Position numbers and translations under genes: made by a program. A stretch of DNA of 64,000 nucleotides from Paraphysomonas bandaiensis (taxonomy: Eukaryota > Protista > Chrysophyceae), in assembly GCA_965644295.1 (NCBI GenBank), contig CBFFRP010000123.1, positions 459,033 through 523,032 on the forward strand, given 5' to 3'. Below the pieces are notes generated by a model. The model did no database searches and had not been told where the DNA came from. It saw only the letters and a program-made list of their open reading frames with translations. Numbering within the stretch: position 1 is the first letter of the stretch; each line of letters starts with the position of its first letter. Of the stretch, positions 63,941 to 64,000 are shown piece by piece.

Positions 63941-64000
63941 ATTGAGATTATGATTGATTCAAAATTATTCTGAGCAGTTCAACAATGCGGAGACATGAAC

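Overview
Eukaryotic genomic DNA, probably a SAR-group protist (most likely a stramenopile): compact genes, mostly ~45-60 nt GT-AG introns, and a Rab1A-type GTPase. The left ~34 kb is gene-dense: CLU1/TIF31, a U1 snRNA gene, CYP51, a 2OG-Fe(II) oxygenase, a TBC Rab-GAP, GDPD, an SLC35B4/YEA4-like transporter, an EF-hand/WD40 protein and a MAPKKK. It also holds two unusual multidomain fusions (degenerate sulfotransferase-ankyrin-RBR E3 ligase; FYVE-LIM-alpha/beta hydrolase). The main result is a nested non-LTR retroelement system at 34-41.3 kb. A 5'-truncated RT+RNase H+Zn-finger LINE (12-bp TSD, no poly(A)) is interrupted by a 1.2-kb non-autonomous SINE-like element (16-bp TSD). That element starts with a well-formed HDV-like ribozyme fold resembling the trypanosomatid ingi/L1Tc 5' signature and shares the LINE's 3' tail. 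Further copies or fragments lie at 34.1, 51.8 and 61.9 kb. The right part has PARN, Rab1A, an ER-type coiled-coil protein, an apparently intact intron-containing pogo-family transposon, a copia remnant, and three intron-retaining, frameshifted housekeeping genes (PDCD5, GT2, RNR small subunit) that look like decaying duplicates. Tiny MITEs are scattered through the window. All calls come from manual motif reading; no searches were run.
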